In this document: piece by piece, positions 50,054 through 60,292 of the stretch
How the letters are laid out: each line of letters starts with the position of its first letter
Position numbering within the stretch: position 1 is the first letter of the stretch
NCBI GenBank assembly: GCA_965206645.1
Contig: CBDBKE010000003.1
Coordinates: 224,001 to 288,000, forward strand
Origin: Terriglobia bacterium
GTDB taxonomy: Bacteria > Acidobacteriota > Terriglobia > JAJPHL01 > JAPKYU01
DNA length: 64,000 nt
Direction: 5' to 3'
Program-made: the position numbers and the translations under genes
The notes under the pieces: model-generated
Database searches by the model: none
What the model saw: the letters and a program-made list of their open reading frames with translations, nothing else
What the model was told of the DNA's origin: nothing

Positions 50054-50162
50054 GTTCCGCGAGGCGTTCAACCCGGCCTTACCGCAGCTTCCGCGCCAGG
50101 CCGCTTAAGTCGGAGCTTGGTATCCGATCAGCTCCTCACACAGTTGCCTGAGGCGCATCGCG

Positions 50163-51083
50163 ATGCGTCTTTTCACCTCCATCACGGAAATGCAGGAGTT
50201 CGTCCGCCAAACTCGGGCCGCTGGCAAGTCGCTGGCGCTCGTTCCCACTATGGGGGCGCTGCACGAAGGCCACTTGAGCCTGGTGCCCGAGGCCAAGCGG
50301 CACTGCGACGCGGTGGTGGTCTCGATGTTCGTAAACCCCACACAGTTCGGACCCAGCGAGGACTTCACCCGCTATCCGCACAATCTGGAAGAAGACCTGG
50401 AACTCCTCCGCCCTTACAACGTTGACGCGACTTTCGCCCCCAGCACGGCGGAAATGTACCCGGAAGGATTCCAGACGTTTGTGGAACCGGGGGCCCTCGC
50501 CGCTCCCCTTGAAGGCGCCTCTCGTCCCGGTCATTTTCGAGGCGTTGTCACCGTGGTCCTGAAACTGTTCCACATCGTGGGTCCGGACGTGGCCTGCTTC
50601 GGCCAGAAAGATTTTCAGCAGGCACTGGTAATCCGCCATATGGTGGAAGATTTAAACCTGGGCGTTCGTTTGATCATCTGCCCCATCGTCCGGGACCCTG
50701 ACGGACTGGCGAAAAGCTCGCGCCATGCTTACATGAGCCCTGAAGACCGCCAGACGGCGCTTGTGCTCAACAGCAGCCTCCGTCGGGCCAAGGAACTCGT
50801 CGAGGCGGGACAAACCGAGGTCCAGAAGCTGCTGGAAGAAATGCGGAAGGTCTTCTCTGGCCCGCCACGGGCCCGCCTTGACTATCTTGCCATCGTCGAT
50901 CCCGTCCGGTTGCAGCCTGTCGAGTGCGTCACGCCGGGCTGCGTGGCGCTAGTAGCAGTATGGGTTGGACCGGCGCGATTGATCGACAACCTGATTTTCG
51001 GCCCGCCCGGTGCCAGTGAGGAGATGCTTCTTGAATTGGCGCTAAGCCGACCTGAAGTAGCTGAGCGCGCCACGGATTCTTAA
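50163..51083 (+). CDS. panC: Pantoate--beta-alanine ligase
   Basis: VPTMGALHEGH, FVNPTQF, RPGHFRGV, FGQKDFQQ, DGLAKSSR, RLIDN. Confidence 0.97.
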   Translation: MRLFTSITEMQEFVRQTRAAGKSLALVPTMGALHEGHLSLVPEAKRHCDAVVVSMFVNPTQFGPSEDFTRYPHNLEEDLELLRPYNVDATFAPSTAEMYPEGFQTFVEPGALAAPLEGASRPGHFRGVVTVVLKLFHIVGPDVACFGQKDFQQALVIRHMVEDLNLGVRLIICPIVRDPDGLAKSSRHAYMSPEDRQTALVLNSSLRRAKELVEAGQTEVQKLLEEMRKVFSGPPRARLDYLAIVDPVRLQPVECVTPGCVALVAVWVGPARLIDNLIFGPPGASEEMLLELALSRPEVAERATDS

Positions 51084-51140
51084 CAGTGTAGCAAGTTTCA
51101 GAAGAGGGGTAGGCGGCCGGATCTTTGCGGTCGGGGTGTC

Positions 51141-53018
51141 TTACTTTGCCCTGGAGAATACCACGAGCTCAACTCCGACGATGACGCCGCGGCCCGGCAT
51201 GGGGATTCCGGCAATCTCTTGGTAGGCTGTGTTAGTCAGGTTGCTGAATTGCAAGAACGGACGGAACCGGCCGACGGCTCGGGCCAGATATAGGTCCCAC
51301 AGAGCATAGGGGTCGCGGGCGAACCTTTTTGTAGCACCTATCCGCGTGCGGGCGAGCAGTCCGTGCGGCAGCAGCGCCCGCCAGGAAACCACCGCAGCCT
51401 GGGATGGGTAGTTGAAGACATAGCGCGAAGGGAATCCGAGCAAGTCCGACTGGGCACCGTGCAGGGCCGAGTAGCGGAAATCAATCCAGTGGGAACGAGC
51501 CACAACTGTGCTGACGGAGGCTTCCAGTCCGGTGAAGCGGAGCCGCTGAAAATTGGTCGCCCGCCAGATGTCGTCGGGAGAGCGCCGCACCCAGTCAATC
51601 CCGTCGCGTTCCCGCCGCTGAAACACCACAACCTCCCCACGCAATCTTCTCCCGGCGTTCCAGTCCAGGCCTCCCTCATAACTCCAGGCCTTCTCCGGCC
51701 GCAAGTCGGGTGAACCCTGATTGGCGGGGTCGTGATAGTAGAGGTCGGTATAGGAGGGAAGGCGGAAAGCGCGGCCGACACTCCCCCGGAGCTTGAAATG
51801 TGGCGAGAGCCAGACGCCAGTGCTGAAAGTGGGACTGAACTGGCTGGCCAAAGAGGTGTAGACCTCCTCCCTGACTCCCAGCGCGAAAGAGAATCGGCGC
51901 ACCGCCCGGACATCCAGCGCCAGGTAGCCGGCCCCGCGCGAGCGGGCATGTTGGCCCAGGTTGTTGCTAACAATCGAATCGCGATAGCCTTCCACTCCGT
52001 AATGAAGCTTGATGTTCTGCCGCAGGGGTTCTTGTCGGCGCAAGCTGGCCTGAAAGCTCCTGGCTGCGTGTCGGTTGGTGAAAACTTCCGGGCGGTCCCG
52101 GAACAGGACAAACAGGTCCGTGTGCCGGCGGAACGCGAACGACGCCACTGTGCGCGGCCCAAATTGCTGTCGCACGGCGGCGTACCAGGTCTTGGTGCGT
52201 TCCCAGGAGTTGAAATTTCCGTAGAACTGGTCGGCCCCGAAGGGGCGGTCGTTGTGCGCCAGAGTCAGATCGGTCTCGCCCAGCCGGGACGACAGGTCCG
52301 TCGTCGAGCTGATCGAAAGGTTGCGGTAGTCCCGGTTGGGACTGAACCCGGAGGAAAAATCCCGGGAGAAACTGATTTGTTCGGCAACCCGTCCCCGGAC
52401 CAGGGCCAACGTGCCGCGCTGTTGGTTCACGCCGAAGTTGCCCACCGAGCTGCGGAGGCGGAACTCGGAAAATTCCGGCGTCTTTGTGATGATGTTCAAC
52501 ACCCCACCGACCGCGTCCGACCCATAGAGCGTCGAGCCAGACCCGCGCAGGATCTCAAGGCGGCTGACCGCAGACAGCGGTACCGGGATGTCCATGTTGT
52601 GGTGCCCCGACTGCGCGTCGTTGATCCGCACCCCGTCCAGCAGAACCAGCGTCTGGCCGAACGTTCCTCCCCGGATCGACAAATCCGACTGCACCCCGTC
52701 GGGAGCGCGGCTGCGCAGATCCAGCGACGGATCCAGCCGCAAAAGGTCCGCCAGAGTATTGGTCACCAACTCCAGTTCGCTGACATCGAACGCGCTCACT
52801 GAGCGGTCCCGGTCTTCCAGTGGGATTGGCTCGTAGCTGCCGGTCACAATGACGGACTCGTGCCGGGTGGGCTGCTTCTCGTTGTCTTGTGCCTTGTCTG
52901 ACGCCAGGTCCGACGACTTGTCTGGCGCCTTGTCTGACGGCAGTTGGTCGTCCGACGCCAGAGCAGGGGAGCAGAAGAGCAGCACGAAGAGCAAGAGCAG
53001 AAACGGCATACAGCGCAA
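51141..53018 (-). CDS. TonB-dependent receptor (BtuB-like size)
   Basis: Signal peptide, ESVIVTG TonB box, SIRGG, LLDGVR, EILRGSGSTLYGSDAVGGVLNII, NLTN, MPGR. Confidence 0.93.
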   Translation of the reverse strand: MRCMPFLLLLFVLLFCSPALASDDQLPSDKAPDKSSDLASDKAQDNEKQPTRHESVIVTGSYEPIPLEDRDRSVSAFDVSELELVTNTLADLLRLDPSLDLRSRAPDGVQSDLSIRGGTFGQTLVLLDGVRINDAQSGHHNMDIPVPLSAVSRLEILRGSGSTLYGSDAVGGVLNIITKTPEFSEFRLRSSVGNFGVNQQRGTLALVRGRVAEQISFSRDFSSGFSPNRDYRNLSISSTTDLSSRLGETDLTLAHNDRPFGADQFYGNFNSWERTKTWYAAVRQQFGPRTVASFAFRRHTDLFVLFRDRPEVFTNRHAARSFQASLRRQEPLRQNIKLHYGVEGYRDSIVSNNLGQHARSRGAGYLALDVRAVRRFSFALGVREEVYTSLASQFSPTFSTGVWLSPHFKLRGSVGRAFRLPSYTDLYYHDPANQGSPDLRPEKAWSYEGGLDWNAGRRLRGEVVVFQRRERDGIDWVRRSPDDIWRATNFQRLRFTGLEASVSTVVARSHWIDFRYSALHGAQSDLLGFPSRYVFNYPSQAAVVSWRALLPHGLLARTRIGATKRFARDPYALWDLYLARAVGRFRPFLQFSNLTNTAYQEIAGIPMPGRGVIVGVELVVFSRAK

Positions 53019-53253
53019 ATATTAAACCCATCCGCGTCCACCCGGGTGAGGATTCTTCAGCATGTGGGTTTCTAGATTGGAACGACGGGGCTGCAGGGAG
53101 GCTGTACGCAGCTAATCAGGTCGTCAAACGGGCCAGCTTCCTTGCAAACAGAACCCTCAGCGGTGAGCGCACAAGCTGCTGTCTTTGTTGGCCATTGGCA
53201 AAGGGGTGTCGTAGCTCTAGATAGAAGTTGAGCAACGGTCGAAGAACACCTAC

Positions 53254-54315
53254 GGCGTTGTTGCGTAATTCGCGCTCGCGGCGAACCGGGCCGAGAAGTT
53301 CATCCGCCTCAGTACACGCGCTCCGATCGTGGCATTCCAAGCTCCGCCATCCGGTTCAGCACAGCGCACTTGATCGCGGCTTCGACTTTTTGGTTCTTGA
53401 CCGTGCGGGCCGAGAGGCTTACCCCGAGTATCGCCTTGTACCGTGAGACCGCATTCTCCGCCACGCTCTGGCGAGTGCAGCCACTCGACTTCCGCCACTC
53501 ATAACGGCCCTGCGTCCTAATACGCCGGAGATGGGTATCACGCATCGCACGCCACGGAGGCGGATGAGAGTCTCGGCTGCATCGTGCATTGCGTCGCGGC
53601 AAGATCGTCACGATAGCGTCGTGCTGGAGCACGGCCTCGTAGCAGGAACCCGTGTCGTAGGCCCGGTCTGCGGAGACTTGCCTGATCGAACCAGGAGTCT
53701 TAGACAGCAACGAAGAGAGCCTTCGGGCGTCGTGGACGTTGCTCGCAGTCAGGTCCATCGCAACGATCTCTTTCGTCGTCTCATCGACGCCTAGGTGGAG
53801 CTTTCGCCATGTCCTACGGCGGAGGGTTCGGTGTTTTCTGATGTGCCACTCACCGGCTCCGTAGATCTTCAGGCCCGTCGAATCGATGACGACATGTCGT
53901 GGTCGATCCGTGGGCCCTACACTCAGTCGGACGTCGACGGCGCTTTGCCTTCGGCTCACCGTGCTGTAGTTGGGCACTGGGAGGTCGAGAGCCATGAGCG
54001 CCACGATGGATTGAAGGAACCCTTGAGTGGTCCGTAGGTTGAGGTGAAACACCGAATTCAGGACCAGCGCACATTGGATCGCCGCATCTGCGTAGACCTT
54101 GGGCCGGCCTCGCCCTTCGAAGGGTCCTGGATGACGCCAGGCAGCGACTGCCTCCGTGTCGAACCACAGTGTCAGCTGCCCACGTTTCACCAGAGCCCGG
54201 TTGTACTCCGGCCAGTTGCGAACCTTATATCGGAAGGTGTAGTCGCTTTTGCCCATCCCCTAGCCTATCAGGAGGGAGAGCGTTGGGGATGGAGTCAGAT
54301 TTCTGCAACAACGCC
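53254..54315 (-). mobile_element. IS5-family (IS903-like) element, copy 1 (1062 bp)
   Basis: IRs GGCGTTGTTGC...GCAACAACGCC; no flanking target duplication. Confidence 0.93.
53309..54256 (-). CDS. IS5-family transposase
   Basis: NWPEYNRALVKRG, IDSTGLK, WRKLHLG, ADRAYD. Confidence 0.94.
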   Translation of the reverse strand: MGKSDYTFRYKVRNWPEYNRALVKRGQLTLWFDTEAVAAWRHPGPFEGRGRPKVYADAAIQCALVLNSVFHLNLRTTQGFLQSIVALMALDLPVPNYSTVSRRQSAVDVRLSVGPTDRPRHVVIDSTGLKIYGAGEWHIRKHRTLRRRTWRKLHLGVDETTKEIVAMDLTASNVHDARRLSSLLSKTPGSIRQVSADRAYDTGSCYEAVLQHDAIVTILPRRNARCSRDSHPPPWRAMRDTHLRRIRTQGRYEWRKSSGCTRQSVAENAVSRYKAILGVSLSARTVKNQKVEAAIKCAVLNRMAELGMPRSERVY

Positions 54316-54407
54316 CTGGTTTGTACTTCTTTATGGGCATGATCGGACTTCCTCCTCAAGTGGATTCTCTCTCTTTCCAGCTGGTACAAATAGTGCCGGT
54401 ATGGTCA
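54316..54407 (-). mobile_element. IS3-family left-end remnant truncated by IS5
   Basis: Reverse complement tgaccataccggcact...gagaatccacttgaggaggaagt...atgccc matches the IS3 start at 63250. Confidence 0.85.
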
Positions 54408-54508
54408 TTCCCAGACGCAAGGTTCGCCCCACAAGGCGACAACGCAATTCCCGCTTGACTAAACGGTCATAACTGCGGTGCGGCCAGTAATAGCTTCGAT
54501 CCCAGCGC

Positions 54509-55846
54509 TTACTGTTCTCCGAGCAGAGTGTAAGATCTGATGCGACTCAAGAGATCTCCCCTACTCCGCGATAATTCGCGAACCTCGCGTCCCGGCGACA
54601 GGCTAGTAATGACCGACTTGCCAATTAGGTACCGGCCAGAATTCGACTCATTCGCGGACCCCGTCCTTAGTCCCCAAATCGTGTGAAACGCTACGGGAGA
54701 GCCTTCGAACGCTCCCAAATAAAGCATGTTGTGGCCGCTCAGGTTTAGAATTGTACGGAAGGGAACGGCTATAGCCATAATGCGCTCTCGCTTTTCGGCA
54801 AGGGAGAGTTGTTCAATAGTCACATTTTTCCCTGCGTTCGCCTGTCTCCTCGAATTGCGAGGAAGAGGTAAAGCAAACGGAAGGAAGACGTCCAGGATCG
54901 TGGACGAACAGTCGCGATAACCGCCCAATCCACCCCATCCATAGGGCTGCCCGAGTATTTCGTTGATCACCTCGGCGAGTTGATCCTCAGAGAACGGAAG
55001 AGGAAATGGAGCGGCGTCCCGGTCCGACAGACGAACGTGTGTCACCGACGCACGACGGCTTGCATCCGCCACCGGAGCTAGCAGATGTAGGCTGGTTTCG
55101 GACCTTGTCGTCATGGGCAACAGCATACCGATCCGGCCTTGGAACAAGAATCCGGTCCGGTTGCTTGAGATGGGTATCCGATCTCGCCGTACAGCGGCTA
55201 AGTTTGCAGAGCGGTACTTCGCGACGAACTCCTCGTCTACATACGCGATGTCCCGGGAATCGATCCAGCCGCAGGCATAGGGTGATTCTGCAGCGAGAAA
55301 TCGTCCATCCTGGGAGGTGTGCGAAAGGAAAAGGGGCGTTCCCGCCCACACCGCCGAGTTCTGGTTGTAATCGAACGGATATCCTTCTCCCGCATTGCGG
55401 AAGTCGTAGAAGAACGGGTCGGCTGAAGGAAGCGCGCGCATCGATGTGTTTCGGATTGTGATCCCGTAGTCGGCTCGACTGGGATATTGGCCGAGTTGCG
55501 CGTTCGCCGTGACGGCTTCAACACGGGAGGCGGAGACTTCCAACAGGTTGGGACCAAACATCGACTGTTTTGGAAATGATTCTGCAGCCCAACTGAACTC
55601 CTCCGCTGTACAGACCTCCGGCTCGGTTCGCACCCAAGGGCCGTACCAGTAATCTTCAAACTCCCTAAGCCGATGTTCATTGACTTCGAGAATTGGAGGC
55701 CCTCCGATTTCCGCAAATGCCGTGGCATCTTGCGGGATTTTTGCCAGGTCATCAAGAGGGCCGGTCGATACCAGTGCAATTTCATCCGGAGCGCAGCCGA
55801 TGACCGACAAGAGCGCAACTGCAACCACGAACCTACCTGAAGACAT
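54509..55846 (-). CDS. NlpC/P60 peptidoglycan endopeptidase lipoprotein with SH3-like domains
   Basis: Lipobox VIGC; GEGYPFDYNQNS; PYGWGG...RDCSS, LPRNS, GHNMLYLG. Confidence 0.88.
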   Translation of the reverse strand: MSSGRFVVAVALLSVIGCAPDEIALVSTGPLDDLAKIPQDATAFAEIGGPPILEVNEHRLREFEDYWYGPWVRTEPEVCTAEEFSWAAESFPKQSMFGPNLLEVSASRVEAVTANAQLGQYPSRADYGITIRNTSMRALPSADPFFYDFRNAGEGYPFDYNQNSAVWAGTPLFLSHTSQDGRFLAAESPYACGWIDSRDIAYVDEEFVAKYRSANLAAVRRDRIPISSNRTGFLFQGRIGMLLPMTTRSETSLHLLAPVADASRRASVTHVRLSDRDAAPFPLPFSEDQLAEVINEILGQPYGWGGLGGYRDCSSTILDVFLPFALPLPRNSRRQANAGKNVTIEQLSLAEKRERIMAIAVPFRTILNLSGHNMLYLGAFEGSPVAFHTIWGLRTGSANESNSGRYLIGKSVITSLSPGREVRELSRSRGDLLSRIRSYTLLGEQ

Positions 55847-56174
55847 GAGTCGCCCCTACTTCCTAACACTGCAGAAAAATGACTGGCGGATCGTCGAGAA
55901 AGTCGTCCCAGTAGTCTATCGGGCCGTCCCATTCCAGGGACAGCTTCGGCCCCAGCCACCCGACGGTCGGTCTTCTGTTTGCGAACATGGCTGGCTCGGA
56001 TCTATGCAGCGTCTCCGATCCACTTCATGGCCCAACCGGTCCAGTAACTGCCGATCAGGATGTCCGAAGGCGGAGGACGAGAGCGCGACCCTCCCGGGGG
56101 TGGCGCGGCAATGCACATGCGCACACCCCGCCGTGCCGATCCAGAGGCCCCTCAAAACTGCGTTAACCGATTTC

Positions 56175-56693
56175 TCATCCACCCAAGAACATGCCGAGGA
56201 TCAGGAAAATAACGACATTGACCACCCACCCAATCAGGCAAACTCCAATGGCGCGGCCGGTGCTGGTGTAGTCCAAGGCCTGGCGCACCGCAATGACAAA
56301 TGCAATCAGCATCCAGATGCCCGTAACCAGAAAGACGAGTCCCCCCAGCACCGGCACGACTCCCAGGATGCGCAGGATTCCGGGCGATGACGCGAACCCG
56401 ATGGTGCGCAACAGCTGGCCCCAGTCGGCGTGCGTCTGCGGCATAGGAAGAATCCGCGTCCCAATGACGTAGGTGAGCCCTGCCCAGATGAATCAGCCCA
56501 GGAGGGCGCCGATCGCGCCGACCAGCAGCCCGGGTGCGCCTTCCTGCCCAATCATGCCGATGCCGGCCGCCAAGCTGGAAAGAATCACCACGCCCATGGC
56601 CTGTCCGAAGGCGGTACGGTCAGCCTCGACTTCCTCGTAGATCCGAACATCCAGCCTGGCCGCGCCAATCACTCGTTCTGCGAAGGACGCCAT
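56175..56693 (-). pseudogene. Yip1-family membrane protein with an internal nonsense codon
   Basis: ORFs 56493-56693 and 56175-56444 are in the same frame; ALLG*FIWAGLTY fits a TGG->TGA change. Confidence 0.8.
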
Positions 56694-56780
56694 TTGCTGT
56701 CGTCTCCTTCCTGCCCTGCGGATGATTCACTTTCCCGTCTTGGGCGGGATTGTACCAGTTCCATTTCCCAACCTAGGGCT

Positions 56781-56897
56781 TGACCAGACCGATTTTTTGT
56801 GCCACACGTAGTGTGGCCCCTTCAGGGGCAGCCACTGTGGAGCCTGTCTCGGGTCGCACCTTCGCCATCGGCACGCGTGCCGTTTTCGCCACGGGGG
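56781..56897 (-). mobile_element. Probable IS3-family end remnant truncated by IS5
   Basis: tgaccagaccgattttttgtgcca resembles the IS3 IR tgacctgaccggcactttttgtacca. Confidence 0.6.
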
Positions 56898-57959
56898 GGC
56901 GTTGTTGCGTAATTCGCGCTCGCGGCGAACCGGGCCGAGAAGCTCATCCGCCTCAGTACACGCGCTCCGATCGTGGCATTCCAAGCTCCGCCATCCGGTT
57001 CAGCACAGCGCACTTGATCGCGGCTTCGACTTTTTGGTTCTTGACCGTGCGGGCCGAGAGGCTTACCCCGAGTATCGCCTTGTACCGTGAGACCGCATTC
57101 TCCGCCACGCTCTGGCGAGTGCAGCCACTCGACTTCCGCCACTCATAACGGCCCTGCGTCCTAATACGCCGGAGATTGGTATCACGCATCGCACGCCACG
57201 GAGGCGGATGAGAGTCTCGGCTGCATCGTGCATTGCGTTGCGGCAAGATCGTCACGATAGCGTCGTGCTGGAGCACGGCCTCGCAGCAGGAACCCGTGTC
57301 GTAGGCCCGGTCTGCGGAGACTTGCCCGATCGAACCAGGAGTCTTAGACAGCAACGAAGAGAGCCTTCGGGCGTCGTGGACGTTGCTCGCAGTCAGGTCC
57401 ATCGCAACGATCTCTTTCGTCGTCTCATCGATGCCTAGGTGGAGCTTTCGCCATGTCCTACGGCGGAGGGTTCGGTGTTTTCTGATGTGCCACTCACCGG
57501 CTCCGTAGATCTTCAGGCCCGTCGAATCGATGACGACATGTCGTGGTCGATCCGTGGGCCCTACACTCAGTCGGACGTCGACGGCGCTTTGCCTTCGGCT
57601 CACCGTGCTGTAGTTGGGCACTGGGAGGTCGAGAGCCATGAGCGCCACGATGGATTGAAGGAACCCTTGAGTGGTCCGTAGGTTGAGGTGAAACACCGAA
57701 TTCAGGACCAGCGCACATTGGATCGCCGCATCTGCGTAGACCTTGGGCCGGCCTCGCCCTTCGATGGGTCCTGGATGACGCCAGGCAGCGACTGCCTCCG
57801 TGTCGAACCACAGTGTCAGCTGCCCACGTTTCACCAGAGCCCGGTTGTACTCCGGCCAGTTGCGAACCTTATATCGGAAGGTGTAGTCGCTTTTGCCCAT
57901 CCCCTAGCCTATCAGGGGAGAGAGCGTTGGGGATGGAGTCAGATTTCTGCAACAACGCC
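56898..57959 (-). mobile_element. IS5-family element, copy 2 (1062 bp)
   Basis: Same IRs and length as copy 1. Confidence 0.93.
56953..57900 (-). CDS. IS5-family transposase
   Basis: Protein identical to copy 3; a few substitutions relative to copy 1. Confidence 0.94.
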   Translation of the reverse strand: MGKSDYTFRYKVRNWPEYNRALVKRGQLTLWFDTEAVAAWRHPGPIEGRGRPKVYADAAIQCALVLNSVFHLNLRTTQGFLQSIVALMALDLPVPNYSTVSRRQSAVDVRLSVGPTDRPRHVVIDSTGLKIYGAGEWHIRKHRTLRRRTWRKLHLGIDETTKEIVAMDLTASNVHDARRLSSLLSKTPGSIGQVSADRAYDTGSCCEAVLQHDAIVTILPQRNARCSRDSHPPPWRAMRDTNLRRIRTQGRYEWRKSSGCTRQSVAENAVSRYKAILGVSLSARTVKNQKVEAAIKCAVLNRMAELGMPRSERVY

Positions 57960-58018
57960 CTCGAGGTGCTCCAGCGAAACGACTCGACAGGGTGTTCGCT
58001 ATATGAGAACATCTATGT

Positions 58019-58288
58019 GTGAAGGTGGTCGGGAAGATCGAGTGGGCGACCAAGGCCGTGAAGGACATGCGTCGCCTCGCCGCCCCGGCCCGCGCACGGA
58101 TCGTCGCTAAGGTCGAACAGTACGCGGCGGATCCGGCATCGCTGGCCAACAACGTGATCCAACTCGCTGACAGCAGGTATCGACGGCTACGGGTTGGTAG
58201 CTATCGGGTCCTCTTCAGCGTTGAAACCAACACGATCACCGTGCTGGTGGTTCTGAGAGTTCGGCACCGGAGCGAAGCGTATGACTGA
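58019..58288 (+). CDS. RelE/ParE-family toxin
   Basis: IEWATKAVKDM...RLRVGSYRVLF...VRHRSEAY. Confidence 0.9.
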   Translation: MKVVGKIEWATKAVKDMRRLAAPARARIVAKVEQYAADPASLANNVIQLADSRYRRLRVGSYRVLFSVETNTITVLVVLRVRHRSEAYD

Positions 58289-58619
58289 TACCGACACCAT
58301 TACGCTGCCACGAGCGCAGTACGAAGCCTTGCTCGCCGAGAAGGAAACGCTTGCGGATCAGATAGCCGCGCGCGACGCAGATGATGGGAGCCGCATCCCG
58401 CATGAGGTGGCATTGGCCATCATGCAGGGCGAGCGCCCCATCGTCGCGTTTCGAACCCATCTCGGCGTCACCGTGCGTGATCTGGCCACGCGAACGGGAA
58501 TCGCCACGGGGTACCTGTCCGAGATCGAACGCGGGCGCAAACCCGGCTCTGCAGCTGCTCTGTCACGCATTGCCGGGGCCCTTGGGACGACGATTGACGC
58601 CTTGGTGACACTCAGGTGA
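58281..58619 (+). CDS. XRE HTH antitoxin (HigA-like)
   Basis: Overlaps the toxin; LATRTGIATGYLSEIERGRKPG. Confidence 0.88.
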   Translation: MTDTDTITLPRAQYEALLAEKETLADQIAARDADDGSRIPHEVALAIMQGERPIVAFRTHLGVTVRDLATRTGIATGYLSEIERGRKPGSAAALSRIAGALGTTIDALVTLR

Positions 58620-59023
58620 CGTCCTGAAATAGGACGCCACGGCACCCGCCGCCGTGTCGCCAAGGGCATCTTCCGGCGCGGCTCCGGCCTCGCCGCCGGT
58701 GTCGACGCTGTCTACCGGTGTGAGCGCTACTTTCCGGCACACACCCTGCTGCGAGACCAATTTGGGGGTAGTAGGATACTTGACCCGAACGGCGCGAATA
58801 CCTCATGGTCAAGGACACTGGGGACCCGAGGCCGATCGAAAGAGGCTCTTGGTTCGATTGCGATCGGGACGTCACTGAACAGGCGGTCCTCCTAGCGAGG
58901 AGCGTTGCCACAATGTTGCCACGACCGGGGTCGATTCAAGGGACTCTCGGAGACGGGAGGGCACGTCCGCATGGCTGGAACGTGATGACCGACAAAGATT
59001 TGTTGCCAGAAGTCCCGCGCCAT

Positions 59024-60085
59024 GGCGTTGTTGCAGAAATCTGACTCCATCCCCAACGCTCTCTCCCCTGATAGGCTAGGGGATGGGCAAAAGCGACTAC
59101 ACCTTCCGATATAAGGTTCGCAACTGGCCGGAGTACAACCGGGCTCTGGTGAAACGTGGGCAGCTGACACTGTGGTTCGACACGGAGGCAGTCGCTGCCT
59201 GGCGTCATCCAGGACCCATCGAAGGGCGAGGCCGGCCCAAGGTCTACGCAGATGCGGCGATCCAATGTGCGCTGGTCCTGAATTCGGTGTTTCACCTCAA
59301 CCTACGGACCACTCAAGGGTTCCTTCAATCCATCGTGGCGCTCATGGCTCTCGACCTCCCAGTGCCCAACTACAGCACGGTGAGCCGAAGGCAAAGCGCC
59401 GTCGACGTCCGACTGAGTGTAGGGCCCACGGATCGACCACGACATGTCGTCATCGATTCGACGGGCCTGAAGATCTACGGAGCCGGTGAGTGGCACATCA
59501 GAAAACACCGAACCCTCCGCCGTAGGACATGGCGAAAGCTCCACCTAGGCATCGATGAGACGACGAAAGAGATCGTTGCGATGGACCTGACTGCGAGCAA
59601 CGTCCACGACGCCCGAAGGCTCTCTTCGTTGCTGTCTAAGACTCCTGGTTCGATCGGGCAAGTCTCCGCAGACCGGGCCTACGACACGGGTTCCTGCTGC
59701 GAGGCCGTGCTCCAGCACGACGCTATCGTGACGATCTTGCCGCAACGCAATGCACGATGCAGCCGAGACTCTCATCCGCCTCCGTGGCGTGCGATGCGTG
59801 ATACCAATCTCCGGCGTATTAGGACGCAGGGCCGTTATGAGTGGCGGAAGTCGAGTGGCTGCACTCGCCAGAGCGTGGCGGAGAATGCGGTCTCACGGTA
59901 CAAGGCGATACTCGGGGTAAGCCTCTCGGCCCGCACGGTCAAGAACCAAAAAGTCGAAGCCGCGATCAAGTGCGCTGTGCTGAACCGGATGGCGGAGCTT
60001 GGAATGCCACGATCGGAGCGCGTGTACTGAGGCGGATGAACTTCTCGGCCCGGTTCGCCGCGAGCGCGAATTACGCAACAACGCC
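59024..60085 (+). mobile_element. IS5-family element, copy 3 (1062 bp, inverted relative to copy 2)
   Basis: Same IRs and length. Confidence 0.93.
59083..60030 (+). CDS. IS5-family transposase
   Basis: Same motifs as copies 1 and 2. Confidence 0.94.
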   Translation: MGKSDYTFRYKVRNWPEYNRALVKRGQLTLWFDTEAVAAWRHPGPIEGRGRPKVYADAAIQCALVLNSVFHLNLRTTQGFLQSIVALMALDLPVPNYSTVSRRQSAVDVRLSVGPTDRPRHVVIDSTGLKIYGAGEWHIRKHRTLRRRTWRKLHLGIDETTKEIVAMDLTASNVHDARRLSSLLSKTPGSIGQVSADRAYDTGSCCEAVLQHDAIVTILPQRNARCSRDSHPPPWRAMRDTNLRRIRTQGRYEWRKSSGCTRQSVAENAVSRYKAILGVSLSARTVKNQKVEAAIKCAVLNRMAELGMPRSERVY

Positions 60086-60292
60086 TTTCAGCTGTCGTTT
60101 AACCGATTTCTGCGAGTCGGGTTTCAGGGATCACGAGTGACTTCCAATGGCGGACTGATTCTGGTCCGGGAGTTGGATGAGCGTCTGGGATTCAGCGAAC
60201 TCATTGACGAGCACCTGACCGATTCGCGGGCAAACAATGCTCGGTTTTCTTTCGCGGACCTGCTGCGGCAGTCGGTGTACAGCCGCCTGGCT
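60086..60292 (+). pseudogene. IS1380 transposase fragment
   Basis: Near-identical to ~39550-39756 (FQLSFNRFLRVGF...VYSRLA); truncated at both ends. Confidence 0.92.

Noticed and set aside
53019-53253. Cobalamin riboswitch upstream of the TonB receptor
   Set aside because: No B12-box motifs seen; the region abuts IS5
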